This document shows, one piece after another, positions 10,659 through 28,037 of a DNA stretch of 50,857 nt. The notes beneath the pieces were generated by a model. It saw only the letters and a program-made list of their open reading frames with translations. It made no database searches and was not told the DNA's origin. The number at the start of each line of letters is the position of its first letter. Position 1 is the stretch's first letter. Made by a program: the position numbers and the translations under genes. This DNA is from Methanobrevibacter sp. OttesenSCG-928-I08 (lineage in GTDB: Archaea > Methanobacteriota > Methanobacteria > Methanobacteriales > Methanobacteriaceae), in the NCBI GenBank assembly GCA_030266405.1, contig JAJDHW010000001.1, positions 1 to 50,857 of the forward strand, read 5' to 3'.

Positions 10659-11900
10659 TTATTTAGCAGGAGTAATAGCAATACATAAACCAGCTGCTAC
10701 AGTTTGTCCCATATCTCTGATAGCAAATCTACCCATTTGTGGAATAACTTTAGCATCTTCAATAACCATAGGTTTGGTTGGTTTAACTTTTACGATTGCA
10801 GCATTACCAGTTTTTAAGAAATCAGGATTTTCTTCTTCAACTTGACCAGTAGCAGGATTTAATTTTTTAGTTAATTCTAAGAAAGTACAAGCTACTTGTG
10901 AAGTGTGACAGTGGAATACAGGAGTGTATCCTACGGTGATAACACCAGGGTGTTGTAATACAACAATTTGTGCATCGAATTCTTTAGCAACAGTAGGTGC
11001 ATCAGAAGTGTGTCCTGCAACATCTCCTCTTCTAATATCGTTTTTACCTACACCTCTAACATTGAAACCAACGTTATCTCCAGGTTCTGCAGTATCAAAC
11101 ATTTCGTGGTGCATTTCGATAGATTTTACCTCACCAGAAGCTCCAGCAGGTTCAAATATTACATCTTCACCTTTTTTCATTACACCAGTTTCGATTCTTC
11201 CAACAGGTACAGTACCTACACCAGTAATAGAGTATACATCTTGAATAGGAACTCTTAAAGGTTTGTCGGTTGGTTTTTCAGGAGCTTTTAATTCATCTAA
11301 TGCAGGAATTAAAGCTGGTCCTTTATACCAGGAAGTATTGTCACTATTTTCTTTAATGTTATCTCCTTCAAATGCAGAAACAGGTATGAAAGGTACTTCA
11401 GCAGGTTTGAATCCAACAGATTTAATTAAAGTAGAAACTTCTTCTTTTAATTCATTGAATTTACCTTCATCATAATCTATTAAATCAACTTTGTTAATAG
11501 CTACTATAAGTTGATCTACACCTAAAGTTTTAATTAAAAATACGTGCTCTTTAGTTTGTGGCATGATACCATCATCAGCAGCTACTACAAGTACAGCTGC
11601 ATCAGCTTGAGAAGCACCAGTAATCATGTTTTTAACAAAATCTCTGTGTCCAGGACAATCTACAACAGTGTAGTCGTATTTTTTGGTTTCGAATTTTTGG
11701 TGAGCAAGATCGATAGTTACTCCTCTTTCTCTTTCTTCACCTAATTTATCCATAACAAATCTAAATTTGTTTTCACCATCATCTAATTGTTGTTCAGCAA
11801 TAGCACCAGCTTTTAACAATAAATGTCCTACTAATGTAGATTTTCCGTGGTCAACGTGTCCAATAAACGCTAAATTAATATGTTCTTTTTCTTTTGCCAT
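10659..11900 (-). CDS. tuf: Translation elongation factor EF-1 alpha
   Basis: [39 protein letters not shown]. Confidence 0.99.
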   Translation of the reverse strand: MAKEKEHINLAFIGHVDHGKSTLVGHLLLKAGAIAEQQLDDGENKFRFVMDKLGEERERGVTIDLAHQKFETKKYDYTVVDCPGHRDFVKNMITGASQADAAVLVVAADDGIMPQTKEHVFLIKTLGVDQLIVAINKVDLIDYDEGKFNELKEEVSTLIKSVGFKPAEVPFIPVSAFEGDNIKENSDNTSWYKGPALIPALDELKAPEKPTDKPLRVPIQDVYSITGVGTVPVGRIETGVMKKGEDVIFEPAGASGEVKSIEMHHEMFDTAEPGDNVGFNVRGVGKNDIRRGDVAGHTSDAPTVAKEFDAQIVVLQHPGVITVGYTPVFHCHTSQVACTFLELTKKLNPATGQVEEENPDFLKTGNAAIVKVKPTKPMVIEDAKVIPQMGRFAIRDMGQTVAAGLCIAITPAK

Positions 11901-12060
11901 AATAAAACCTCTTTTTTAATATGATAAAAATCATTATTATTAAGCTTAGAGTTAGCTTATATATAGATTTACAATTCAATATATAAAAACATAATGATTT
12001 TTTTTTAAATTTATTTAATTTTTATTAAAATATTATTTTTATAAAATTTTAATGGGATGT

Positions 12061-14253
12061 TTATCCCAAGTAATGATCTGGACCATAAGGTTCATCAGAT
12101 AAACCTTTTCTTTGTCTGATCTCTCTAATAATTTGTTTTTGCAATTCATTAGGTAATCTTTCAAATCCTGACATTTCAGTAGACCATAAACATCTACCTT
12201 CAGCAGCAGACCTAATATCACCTGCAAATCCAAACATTTCTGCAACAGGAACTTTAGATTCAATAGTAACCATGTCACCATCTTGTTCCATATTTACAAT
12301 TTGACCTCTTCTATTTTGAACTTCCCTAGTTGAGGAACCCATGTAATCTTGAGGTACATTAATAAATACTTTTTGTATTGGTTCAAGTAAAGTAGGGTTA
12401 GCAAGCATCATAGATCCATAAATAGCCTTCCTAATAGAAGGTAATACTTGTGCAGGCCCTCTGTGAACTGCATCTTCGTGAAGTTTTGCATCGACAAGTT
12501 TGAATTTTAATCCCATAGCTATTTCATTAGCAACTGGACCTTCATTCATTGCAGATTCAAATCCTTCAAGTAAGAGCTCTTTTACTTCATCTAAGTATTG
12601 AATACCTCTAGTCATGTTAAGGAACATACTTTTACTGTATACATCCCAAACTCTTCTAGCTTCTTCTTTATCCATACCTAATTCCATAAAGTCTTGAGCA
12701 GTTTCTTTACCTTTAACTCTTCCTTCTTTAAGTTGACCATTTTGTAAAGCTTCAAATATTGCAGGTTCTAAAGGTTCAATTTCAATATAGAATCTATTAT
12801 GTTTGTTTGGAGATTTACCTTCAACAGGTCCTGCAGTTCCAGCTACAGTTTCTCTGTAAACAACAATAGGTTCAGAAGTTTGTATATCTACACCTTTTTC
12901 ATTAATTCTGTAACTAATAACTTCTAAATGAAGTTCTCCCATACCTGATACTAAATGTTCACCAGTTTCTTCATTAATTTCAATTTTAACAGTTGGATCT
13001 TCTTTAGCAACTTGTCTTAATACTTCAATTAATTTTGGTAAATCTTTAGTATTTTTTGCTTCAACAGCTACAGTAACTACAGGTTCTGAAATATGTTCTA
13101 AGCCTTCAAATTCTTTAATTTTATCATCTGGAGAACAAATAGTTTCCCCTGCAATAGCTCCTTTAGCACCAGCAATATATACAATATTACCTGCAGGAAC
13201 AGTATCAGTGTTAACTCTTTCAGGTCCAAAGTATACACCTACTTGTTGTACTCTTGATTTACTATGAGAACCAACTAAGAATACTTCAGTACCTTTTTCA
13301 ATATTTCCACCATAAACTCTACCAGTAGCTATTTCACCTGCATGTTTATCTACAGATACATTAGTAACCATAACTGCAAGTGGTCCATCAGGGTCTGTAT
13401 TAATCATACATTGACCAGCAGGAGACTCAATATCCCCATCCCAAATACTAGGAACCCTATAAGCTTGAGATATTTTAGGAGAAGGTAAATGTTCTACTAC
13501 CATACCAAGTAAAACTTCAGATAAAGGAACTTTTTGAGCAAGTTCTTTTTGTTTATCATCATTACACATATCAATAATATCTTTAAAATTGATTCCAGTT
13601 TCTTGCATAATTGGAACATTAATAGCCCAATTGTGGTATGCTGAACCAAAAGCTACACTACCATCTGCAACATCAGCTTTCCATTCATCTTTTTTATCTT
13701 CTGGAGCCATACTTCTAATAAGTTTATTAGCTTCTGCAATAATTTTTAAGAACCTATTTTGTAATTCTTCAGGTTCTAATTTTAATTCATTGATTAATCT
13801 ATCAACTTTATTAATAAATAAAACTGGCTTAACATTTTCTTTTAAAGCTTGTCTAAGTACAGTTTCAGTTTGAGGCATAATACCTTCAACAGCACATACA
13901 ACAACAACTGCACCATCTACAGCTCTCATTGCACGAGTTACGTCTCCACCGAAATCAACGTGTCCTGGAGTATCAATTAAGTTGATTAAAAATTCATCAT
14001 CTTTAAATTTGTGAACCATTGAAACGTTAGCTGCATCAATAGTGATTCCACGAGCTTGTTCTTGTTCATCAAAATCCAAAAATCTTTGGTCTCCAGCAAG
14101 CTCTTCGGAAATCATACCTGCACCTGCTAAAAGGTTATCAGATAATGTTGTTTTTCCGTGATCAATGTGGGCACAAATACCAATATTTCTGATTGAATCA
14201 GGTTTGTACATCAAATCCTTGATTTTTTCAATCATTTTGTCTCGTCTACTCAA
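12061..14253 (-). CDS. fusA: Translation elongation factor EF-2
   Basis: [17 protein letters not shown] and diphthamide loop HEDAVHRG; AGGTGA RBS favours TTG at 14253. Confidence 0.99.
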   Translation of the reverse strand: MSRRDKMIEKIKDLMYKPDSIRNIGICAHIDHGKTTLSDNLLAGAGMISEELAGDQRFLDFDEQEQARGITIDAANVSMVHKFKDDEFLINLIDTPGHVDFGGDVTRAMRAVDGAVVVVCAVEGIMPQTETVLRQALKENVKPVLFINKVDRLINELKLEPEELQNRFLKIIAEANKLIRSMAPEDKKDEWKADVADGSVAFGSAYHNWAINVPIMQETGINFKDIIDMCNDDKQKELAQKVPLSEVLLGMVVEHLPSPKISQAYRVPSIWDGDIESPAGQCMINTDPDGPLAVMVTNVSVDKHAGEIATGRVYGGNIEKGTEVFLVGSHSKSRVQQVGVYFGPERVNTDTVPAGNIVYIAGAKGAIAGETICSPDDKIKEFEGLEHISEPVVTVAVEAKNTKDLPKLIEVLRQVAKEDPTVKIEINEETGEHLVSGMGELHLEVISYRINEKGVDIQTSEPIVVYRETVAGTAGPVEGKSPNKHNRFYIEIEPLEPAIFEALQNGQLKEGRVKGKETAQDFMELGMDKEEARRVWDVYSKSMFLNMTRGIQYLDEVKELLLEGFESAMNEGPVANEIAMGLKFKLVDAKLHEDAVHRGPAQVLPSIRKAIYGSMMLANPTLLEPIQKVFINVPQDYMGSSTREVQNRRGQIVNMEQDGDMVTIESKVPVAEMFGFAGDIRSAAEGRCLWSTEMSGFERLPNELQKQIIREIRQRKGLSDEPYGPDHYLG

Positions 14254-14268
14254 ATAAATCACCTATAA

Positions 14269-14829
14269 TTAATGAGCTGCTTTAGCTACTCTTTCTTTTT
14301 CCTCTTTCTTTTGTAAAGCAAAACTTCTTGAATCTTCTTCAGAAGCAAGTATTAATTCATCAGCTAAACATTCTGCTACTGATCTTTTATTTTTAAAAGC
14401 AGATTGTAAAGTTCCTCTAGTTAAAAATCCTAAAGATAAATCTACTCTTCTTTGAGGAGCTATATCTACTGCTACTTGATAACCAATACCACCGTATTTA
14501 ATACGAGTAGTTTCTTCACGAGGAGAAGTATTTTCAACTGCAGTAACTAAAACTTGAACAGGGTTCTTTTTAGTTCTTTTATTGATAACTTCTAAAGCAT
14601 CTTTTACAATATTGTAAGCTTTATTTTTCTTTCCTGAATTAATATGAGTTCTCATAACTTTATTCATTAATCTTTCTATAATAGAAACTTTAGATTTAGC
14701 AAACTGTCTTTTAACATGTCTACCAGAAGTATGAGGAACAATAGTTTCATCTAAACAAATATATTTTACTAAACCTAAGTCATCTACTTTTACTTCACTT
14801 AGATCCCATTTATCAAATAATTTACTCAT
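14269..14829 (-). CDS. rpsG: 30S ribosomal protein S7 (uS7)
   Basis: NPVQVLVTAVEN..PREETTR, AVDIAPQRRVD; position in str cluster. Confidence 0.98.
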   Translation of the reverse strand: MSKLFDKWDLSEVKVDDLGLVKYICLDETIVPHTSGRHVKRQFAKSKVSIIERLMNKVMRTHINSGKKNKAYNIVKDALEVINKRTKKNPVQVLVTAVENTSPREETTRIKYGGIGYQVAVDIAPQRRVDLSLGFLTRGTLQSAFKNKRSVAECLADELILASEEDSRSFALQKKEEKERVAKAAH

Positions 14830-14839
14830 AAATAATCAC

Positions 14840-15265
14840 CTATCTTACAGGTTTCTCTATTTTTCCACTAACCATCTGTTCTAAAGCAACGTTGTTAACT
14901 TTGGAAACTTTCCAACGAACTCCAGGAATATCTCCCATAGATCTTCCGGATGGTCCACCGATTCCTTCAATCATTACTTCATCGTGCTCATCAATAAAAC
15001 CAATAGCACCATCACCTGGTGCAAATGCGGTTAATTGTTTACCGTTTTTGATTAATTGAACACGAACACATTTACGAATAGCTGAGTTTGGCTGTTTAGC
15101 TTCGATACCAACTTTCTCAATAACAATTCCTCTAGCTTGAGGTGATCCCCCAAGAGGATCTGCTTTGATATCCAAACGTAAAGCTTTTCTCTTATAATCT
15201 ACATCTTTCCACTTAAAATTTTGTCTATTTTTTTTAAGTTTTTTTGCAGCGAAAAGTCCTGGCAT
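14840..15265 (-). CDS. rpsL: 30S ribosomal protein S12 (uS12)
   Basis: [24 protein letters not shown]. Confidence 0.98.
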   Translation of the reverse strand: MPGLFAAKKLKKNRQNFKWKDVDYKRKALRLDIKADPLGGSPQARGIVIEKVGIEAKQPNSAIRKCVRVQLIKNGKQLTAFAPGDGAIGFIDEHDEVMIEGIGGPSGRSMGDIPGVRWKVSKVNNVALEQMVSGKIEKPVR

Positions 15266-15725
15266 AATTTTTTTCCTCTTTAAATTTTTTTAAAATTATG
15301 ATTAATAATAATAAATTCTTATAAATAAATACAGAGTCCACCGCTGTGATTTATACATTCTCGAGATATTATGTACAATCTAAACCCCATAAATAAGTAG
15401 AATTTGATTTATAAACCATATGAAATCAATAATAACTAAAATAATAGCTATTTATTGATAATTAATATAATTAGCTAATTATATTTAGAATATTTTTAGA
15501 TAAATAAAGCTGGAATAATCTAGTAAACCAACAAAAAACATTGAAAAATACGTATGAAAAATTCTTTAATATGTCAATGATATATCTATCCATTAAAGAT
15601 ATGACAAAGAAATATAGTTGTACTATAACTAAATTGCACACCAGTTACAGCCAAAATGTTAAAAAATATAACAATAACCTATACCTTGTAAGAAATATCT
15701 TAGTATAAAATATGTAAATAAACAC

Positions 15726-15745
15726 ATATAAAGTTATTGTATATT
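15726..15745 (-). promoter_or_regulatory. Putative BRE/TATA promoter for the rps12 cluster
   Basis: Minus strand CAATAAC-TTTATATG downstream of the nusA T-rich terminator region. Confidence 0.4.
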
Positions 15746-15828
15746 ATAATAAAATAAATAAAAATGTGCAAAAATAATAAAAATTAATGTAAAAATCTAA
15801 TAAAAAAAATAAAAAAAATAAGTAAAAA

Positions 15829-16260
15829 TTATTTTAAAATAATATTACTTATATTTTGTTGTCTTTTAGCTATAAGTTTAGCTCTTTCAATATTAATTCC
15901 ATTTTTTCCAATAGCTATTTTTTTATTAGTGGTGTCTGTAGCAACAGTAGCTATTTTTTCACCAGATTCTTTTTGAAGTACTTTAATAGTTTGAAGTTCT
16001 GCAGGAGCTAAAAGATTTTTAATAAATTCAGTTGGATCATCAGATAATTCAATGATTTCAACACCTTTATCAACTGCTTTTTGAACTTTAGTTACAGTAC
16101 TTCCACCTTTACCAATAGCTAAACCCATATCACCATTTTTAACAACGAAAGTGACTTTTCCATTTTCATCGTCAATGATACAGTCTTTGACCATAGCCCC
16201 AGTCATATTTTCAAATAAAGCTATATATCTTATTTCGTTAGCGCTAAATTTAATAGTCAA
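15829..16260 (-). CDS. nusA: Archaeal NusA-like transcription factor (KH domains)
   Basis: MGLAIGKGG and IAIGKNG KH loops; follows rpl30e. Confidence 0.95.
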   Translation of the reverse strand: MTIKFSANEIRYIALFENMTGAMVKDCIIDDENGKVTFVVKNGDMGLAIGKGGSTVTKVQKAVDKGVEIIELSDDPTEFIKNLLAPAELQTIKVLQKESGEKIATVATDTTNKKIAIGKNGINIERAKLIAKRQQNISNIILK

Positions 16261-16266
16261 TTAAAT

Positions 16267-16566
16267 CTACCCCAATGATTCGAGTATAGTAGAATCTCCT
16301 GGATCGTTTATGACCAAAGTAGCCACGGTGAATGGTTTTCCACATACAGAACCTAAATCTACACTTGTACCTTCGTAAGTATAGAAAGGAATTTCTGAAA
16401 GGTTGGAATAATATTCTACATCTTCAATAATTTCTTTAGGGCTATTTTGTGCAACAACAACAAGCTTCCCCTTACCTAATTTTAAAGATTGAATTGATTT
16501 TTCAGAGCCTAAAGTTACATCACCAGTATCTACAGCTACTCTGATTCCTCTTTCTACGTCCATCAT
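16267..16566 (-). CDS. rpl30e: 50S ribosomal protein L30e
   Basis: TGDVTLGS, DLGSVCGKPF, DPGDS. Confidence 0.96.
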   Translation of the reverse strand: MMDVERGIRVAVDTGDVTLGSEKSIQSLKLGKGKLVVVAQNSPKEIIEDVEYYSNLSEIPFYTYEGTSVDLGSVCGKPFTVATLVINDPGDSTILESLG

Positions 16567-16575
16567 CTTTCCTCC

Positions 16576-20336
<3,761 letters not shown>

Positions 20337-20372
20337 AATATTGGCTCCTTAAAATATTTATAATAATGATAA

Positions 20373-22184
<1,812 letters not shown>

Positions 22185-22185
22185 T

Positions 22186-23730
22186 TTATTCCTCCAAAAC
22201 ATTCATCTTTTTAATAACATCCTTAATTTCATCAGTATCTGAACCTTCTGAAATATTACATAATAATGCTAAATTTTTAACCAATCCACAATTAGGTCCT
22301 TCTGGAGTTTCATTAGGACAAATTTTACCAAACTGAGTAGGGTGCAAATCCCTAGCTTCAAAGTGAGGTTGACTTCTTGTAAGTGGAGATACCACTCTTC
22401 TTAAATGTGAAAGTGTACCCATATAACTAGTACGATCTAATAATTGACTTACACCAGCTCTTCCACCAACCCAATTACCTGTTGCAATAGCATGTTTAAT
22501 GTTTTCTGTTAAAACATCACTTCTTACAGCTTGTTTAATTGAAAGCTCTTTACCTCTTGAAATACTTCTTTCAAGTTGATAGGTCATATCTCTTGTAAGG
22601 CTTGTAAAAGCAACTCTGAATAAATCTTCCATCAAGTCACCAGAGACTCTAAGTCTTTTGTTAGTGTAGTGATCCTTATCGTGAGGTTCCCTTTGTTCGT
22701 GAATAACTTGAAGTAACATTTCAGTCATTTCAGCTAAATAAACTGCTTTAACATCACGTTTTTCAGTTTCAATACCCATATGAGGTAATAAATAACGATC
22801 TATAACATCTTCTGCACGTTTAATACGATATTCTTCAGTCATGCCTTTAGCAACACGATTACCAATATATTTAATAGCTGCAGTTTGTAAATATTCATTT
22901 CTTTCTTCTTTTGAAAGTCCTTCCATTTCATTAGCATCTAATTTTAAAGCAGCATCAGAAACTTGAATATCATCTGCAATAATCATTTGGAAATTAAAGT
23001 TATCAGAAATTGAAGTAATAATTTCTTCATCAGTAGTAAAACCTAAAGCCCTAAGTAAAATAACAAGTGGAATTTCTCCTGGAACATATGGGAATGAAAT
23101 TCTTAAGAAAACACCAGTTTTACGAGGTTTTTTATATTCTAAGGAGATTCTAGCTCTGAATCCACTTTTAATTGAAGTAACAATAGCTTTAGCTCTTCTC
23201 TCTTCAATCTCACCTAATCTTTCAAGGATGATTTTGTTTGGTGCGATTTCTTCCATTGTTACAACAGCTCTTTCTGAACCATTTACAATGAAATAACCTC
23301 CAGGATCTTGAGGATCTTCACCTTGTGCAACTAGCTCATCTTTGTCTAAGCCATTTAAATGACATATATCAGATTTAAGCATTAAAGGTAATTCTCCAAT
23401 ATATACATTTTCCAAAGGATTATCTTCTCCTTCTTCGTTTAATGCCATTTCAAGATACATATGTGCAGAATAATTCAAGTTTCTTAACCTAGCTTCTGTA
23501 GGAAAAATCATACTTTTTGAACCATCTGCTTCTTTAGTAAAAGGTTTTTCTATAGAAACTTTACCAGTTTTTAAAGTATATTTACCGTTTTCTAAAGTTA
23601 TAGGTTCTGTAATATCTATAATATTTTGTATTCTATTATTAACAAAGTCATTATATGATTTTATATGGTGATCAACCAAATCATATTTATTAAAAAATGC
23701 GTCTACTAATCCCCATGTATTATTCTTCAT
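22186..23730 (-). CDS. rpoB2: DNA-directed RNA polymerase subunit B''
   Basis: [29 protein letters not shown]. Confidence 0.98.
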   Translation of the reverse strand: MKNNTWGLVDAFFNKYDLVDHHIKSYNDFVNNRIQNIIDITEPITLENGKYTLKTGKVSIEKPFTKEADGSKSMIFPTEARLRNLNYSAHMYLEMALNEEGEDNPLENVYIGELPLMLKSDICHLNGLDKDELVAQGEDPQDPGGYFIVNGSERAVVTMEEIAPNKIILERLGEIEERRAKAIVTSIKSGFRARISLEYKKPRKTGVFLRISFPYVPGEIPLVILLRALGFTTDEEIITSISDNFNFQMIIADDIQVSDAALKLDANEMEGLSKEERNEYLQTAAIKYIGNRVAKGMTEEYRIKRAEDVIDRYLLPHMGIETEKRDVKAVYLAEMTEMLLQVIHEQREPHDKDHYTNKRLRVSGDLMEDLFRVAFTSLTRDMTYQLERSISRGKELSIKQAVRSDVLTENIKHAIATGNWVGGRAGVSQLLDRTSYMGTLSHLRRVVSPLTRSQPHFEARDLHPTQFGKICPNETPEGPNCGLVKNLALLCNISEGSDTDEIKDVIKKMNVLEE

Positions 23731-23811
23731 GGACTTCCTCCATTATAATATCTAAAATATAAATCTTTAAAAATTTAAAATAAAAAAAATAAAAATAAAT
23801 GAAATTAAAGA

Positions 23812-24045
23812 TTATTTTTCAACAATTCTATAAGTAATAAACGTACCAGCAGTTTGGCTGTTACGTGTAATTTTTAATATATCTCCAATTTTAGCATCAA
23901 TGTTTTTAACAACAGGATCACTAAGTTTAATTTTAGGTAAATTTTTGGTCTCATAATCTAAATCTTTAAAAGTTTTTTTAATTTCAGAATCAGACATGAT
24001 TTCATGTTTTGGAACAAGATTATGTTTTAAAATATCCATTTTCAA
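23812..24045 (-). CDS. rpoH: DNA-directed RNA polymerase subunit H (Rpo5)
   Basis: HNLVPKHE, LPKIKLSDP, SQTAG...YR. Confidence 0.96.
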   Translation of the reverse strand: MKMDILKHNLVPKHEIMSDSEIKKTFKDLDYETKNLPKIKLSDPVVKNIDAKIGDILKITRNSQTAGTFITYRIVEK

Positions 24046-24089
24046 AATATTTTCCTCCAGCTAGAAAATTCAAAGTATAAAATCAGAAA

Positions 24090-24164
<75 letters not shown>

Positions 24165-24210
24165 TGGTAAATCTACTATTATATTATTAAAGCTTTTATA
24201 TAATTAAAAG

Positions 24211-24283
<73 letters not shown>

Positions 24284-24475
24284 GGATTAATAAAATAGCA
24301 TTTCTAATAATAGTATCAAATAGTCCATAATATAATCTATATTATAGACAATATACATTCATAGATACAATATCAAACTACTAGTATATAAATGTTTTTA
24401 CTTTTCAGTAAAATTACAAATAAATATTAAAATTTTAAAATTATTTTTAAAATATTTTATATATAAAATTGTAAA

Positions 24476-24549
<74 letters not shown>

Positions 24550-24557
24550 TTATAAAA

Positions 24558-24632
<75 letters not shown>

Positions 24633-24779
24633 ATAAAACATACATGCTTCATATAAGATATATTTAATAGTATATAATTAATAGCATATAAAGATTATCA
24701 TTGATTTCATATATTGAAAACTTAATATAGCTATTTTTTTAAAGTAAAAAACAGAATGTAAAATGATTTTTTACTTAAA

Positions 24780-24853
<74 letters not shown>

Positions 24854-24975
24854 GATATTATATAAGAATATAACAATATACATTTTGTATAAATTCTCTT
24901 AAATACTTTACTATTTTTATACTAAAAAAATTTTTAGATTAATTATTTAAAATATATTTTATAATATAAATTAAT

Positions 24976-25836
24976 ATGAATAAAATTATCAATAAAATCC
25001 CAGATGCTATGGATAAAGTTAAAGAAAAAAACCCTTTAACTCATTGTATAACTAATTTTGTAACAGTAAATGATTGTGCTAATGCAATACTAGCTATTGG
25101 TGCTTCTCCAATCATGGCAGACGATGATGCAGAAGTTGAAGAAATTGTAGAAATTGCAGATAGTCTTGTAATTAATATTGGAAAATTAAGTAAATTTCAA
25201 ATAGCTGCTATTAAAAAAAGCTGTGAATATGCAAGTAAAACAAATACCCCAATTATATTAGATCCTGTTGGATGTGGAATAAGTAAATTAAGAAATGAAA
25301 TCACAATAGATTTAATTACAAATTATAATATTCAAGCTATTAGAGGCAATATGTCTGAAGTTAAAGCAATAGCTAGATTACTTGAAATAGATTTATCAAA
25401 CAATATAAAAGGAAAAGGAGTAGATGTATCTAAAGATGATATCATTACTAAAGAAAATCTTTCAGAAAATGGAGAAATAGTTAAAAAAATAGCTTTAAAA
25501 ACAAATTCTATTGTAATAGCTAGTGGACCAATAGATATAATTTCTGATGGTAATTTAATAATAGCTATTGAAAATGGAAATGAAATGATGGAAAAAATTA
25601 CAGGTAGTGGATGTATGTTATCTTCAATAGTAGGTTCCTTTTTAGCTTTTAATGATCCATTTATTGGAAGTATAACTAGTAGTTTACTTATGAGCATAGC
25701 TGGTGAGAAAGCTAGAGAGTATGTTAATAATAAAAACCTAGGAACTGGTACATTTAGAAGTAAATTAATTGATTACTTATTTTTATTAGATTCTGATGAA
25801 ATCATTAGTAAAGGAAATATTTATTTGATAGAATGA
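24976..25836 (+). CDS. thiM: Hydroxyethylthiazole kinase
   Basis: HCITNFVTVNDCAN, GASPIM, LDPVG, IRGN.SE, ITGSGC. Confidence 0.95.
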   Translation: MNKIINKIPDAMDKVKEKNPLTHCITNFVTVNDCANAILAIGASPIMADDDAEVEEIVEIADSLVINIGKLSKFQIAAIKKSCEYASKTNTPIILDPVGCGISKLRNEITIDLITNYNIQAIRGNMSEVKAIARLLEIDLSNNIKGKGVDVSKDDIITKENLSENGEIVKKIALKTNSIVIASGPIDIISDGNLIIAIENGNEMMEKITGSGCMLSSIVGSFLAFNDPFIGSITSSLLMSIAGEKAREYVNNKNLGTGTFRSKLIDYLFLLDSDEIISKGNIYLIE

Positions 25837-26471
25837 AATCTATAGACTATTCATTGTACTTAGTTACAAATAATAAAGATGAAAAAGAATTTTTAAATAT
25901 AATTGAAGAATCAATTAAAGGAGGAGTTAGTTTAGTTCAAATAAGAGAGAAAAGTAGCTCTACAAAAGATTTTTATGAATTATCTTTAAAAGTTAAAGCT
26001 ATTACATCAAAATATAATGTTCCATTAATTATAAATGATAGATTAGATGTTGCACTAGCTATTAATGCAGAAGGAGTTCATGTAGGTCAAGATGATATGC
26101 CGTGTTCTAAGGTAAGACAAATCATAGGCCCTGATAAAATCATAGGTGTTTCAGCTTCAACAATAGAGGAAGCTCAAAAAGCTGAAAAAGATGGTGCGGA
26201 TTATATAGGTTCTGGAGCATTATTTAATACTTCATCTAAAGATGATGCTCCTAAAATTACAAAAAATGATTTAAAAAATATTACAAAATCAATTTCAATA
26301 CCTGTTGTAGCTATTGGTGGAATTACACTTGATAATATAAAAGAATTTAAAGATACTGGTATTAAAGGAATTTCAGTAGTATCTGCTATAATGAATAGTG
26401 ATAATCCTAAATTAAGTGCAATTGAATTAAAAAATGAGTTTAATAAAATAATTAAAGTGGATTTTTATTAG
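25833..26471 (+). CDS. thiE: Thiamine phosphate synthase
   Basis: QIREK, INDRLD, GVHVGQDD, VAIGGI. Confidence 0.96.
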   Translation: MKSIDYSLYLVTNNKDEKEFLNIIEESIKGGVSLVQIREKSSSTKDFYELSLKVKAITSKYNVPLIINDRLDVALAINAEGVHVGQDDMPCSKVRQIIGPDKIIGVSASTIEEAQKAEKDGADYIGSGALFNTSSKDDAPKITKNDLKNITKSISIPVVAIGGITLDNIKEFKDTGIKGISVVSAIMNSDNPKLSAIELKNEFNKIIKVDFY

Positions 26472-27681
26472 CTGAATCTTTTAAAGCTTCAACTGCTGCT
26501 AACTTTTTACCAGCAAGTAAACTAATACAAGCTCCACCACCACTACTTACATGATCCATTTTATCCTCATAACCTAAACTAGCAGTAGCAGCTGCAATGT
26601 GGCCTCCACCAATAATTGAAAATCCTTTTGATGAAGCTATTGCATTTATTAAATCTTCTGTTCCAATAGCAAATTCTGGTTTTTCAAATACTCCTGCAGG
26701 ACCATTTGCAAAAATTGTTTTAGCATCCCTTATAATCTGTGCATATTCTTTAATTGTATTTATACCAATATCAAAAATAGGATAATTTGGAATTGAATTT
26801 ATATTAACATCTTCTCTTTTACCATCTTTTTCAATAGCTACATCATTAGGATATATCATTTTATCTGGAAATTCTTTAATTAATTCTTTAGCTTCTTCAA
26901 CAATTTCTAAATATCCCCTATCTGTAATAAATTGTTTATTAATTTTTCCAATATCATATCCAGATGCCCATAATGTTATATTTGCTACAATTCCTGTTGT
27001 TAAAATATAATCAGCAGTTCCATTTTTTAAAACATTTTCTATAACATCAAAAGAATCTTCAGGTTTCATACCACCAAGTAAAAACACACAAGGTTTTTTA
27101 ACTGAATTTAAAGCATTTTGAATAATTGTAATCTCCTCTTCCATTACTCTGCCAGCTGCTGAAGGATTATTAACTGTAAAACCAACGAGTGATGGTTGAG
27201 ATCTATGAGCTGTTGCAAAAGCATCATTTACATAAAAAGAAATTAAAGGAGATAGTTCTTTAACTAAAATAGAGTTTGATTGATCAATAGGTTCCCTAGA
27301 TAATGATTCTTCTGAGAAGAACCTTACATTTTCAAGTAAAAGAATTTCATGTGCTTTTAAATTTTTAATAGCTTCTTTTGCATCATTTGAGAAAATAGAA
27401 TCAACATATTTAACATTTAAATTAAGAATTTTTGAAAATTCATCAGCATGTTGTTTTAAAGTTGTAAAATCATTTTTTCCAGGTCTACTTTGATGAGCTA
27501 GAAGAACCACTTTAGCTCCTTTAGCTGAAAGCTCTTTAACAGTTTTAGAATGAAGTCTCATCCTAGTATCATCTAAAATAAATCCATCTGAAGGATCAAC
27601 AGGAGAATTAATATCAATTCTTACAAGTACTGTTTTATCTTTAACATCAAAATCATCAATAGTGTTAAACTCTTTTGCCAT
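26452..27681 (-). CDS. pgk: Phosphoglycerate kinase
   Basis: RIDINSP, LLENVRF, NDAFATAHR, NGPAGVFE, HVSSGGGA; ATG 27681 is the likely start. Confidence 0.97.
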   Translation of the reverse strand: MAKEFNTIDDFDVKDKTVLVRIDINSPVDPSDGFILDDTRMRLHSKTVKELSAKGAKVVLLAHQSRPGKNDFTTLKQHADEFSKILNLNVKYVDSIFSNDAKEAIKNLKAHEILLLENVRFFSEESLSREPIDQSNSILVKELSPLISFYVNDAFATAHRSQPSLVGFTVNNPSAAGRVMEEEITIIQNALNSVKKPCVFLLGGMKPEDSFDVIENVLKNGTADYILTTGIVANITLWASGYDIGKINKQFITDRGYLEIVEEAKELIKEFPDKMIYPNDVAIEKDGKREDVNINSIPNYPIFDIGINTIKEYAQIIRDAKTIFANGPAGVFEKPEFAIGTEDLINAIASSKGFSIIGGGHIAAATASLGYEDKMDHVSSGGGACISLLAGKKLAAVEALKDSANKNPL

Positions 27682-28037
27682 CTTTACACACAATATAATT
27701 TATAAATATTATAATTTTGGAGTTGCATTCTATTTAAAATTTTATGTTTTATTTAAAGATTTTAAAATAAGAAGCATTATGAATAATTTTAGTTTTAAAA
27801 TTAATTAGATAAAACAATATTTTATTAAAAGCTATTTACGAACAGTTTTAAATTCAATTAATTTAATTAATATTTAAAAACTGTTAAAATTTATTCTAAT
27901 TATAAAAAAATTTTATAATAAAATCAATGACAAAGTATAAATAATATTTTTTTACAAAATAGTTTATGTATTTACCAATGAACAATAATATTGTTGGATG
28001 TAAGTATATAAAAAATAAGTTAGGAGACTACTAATCA

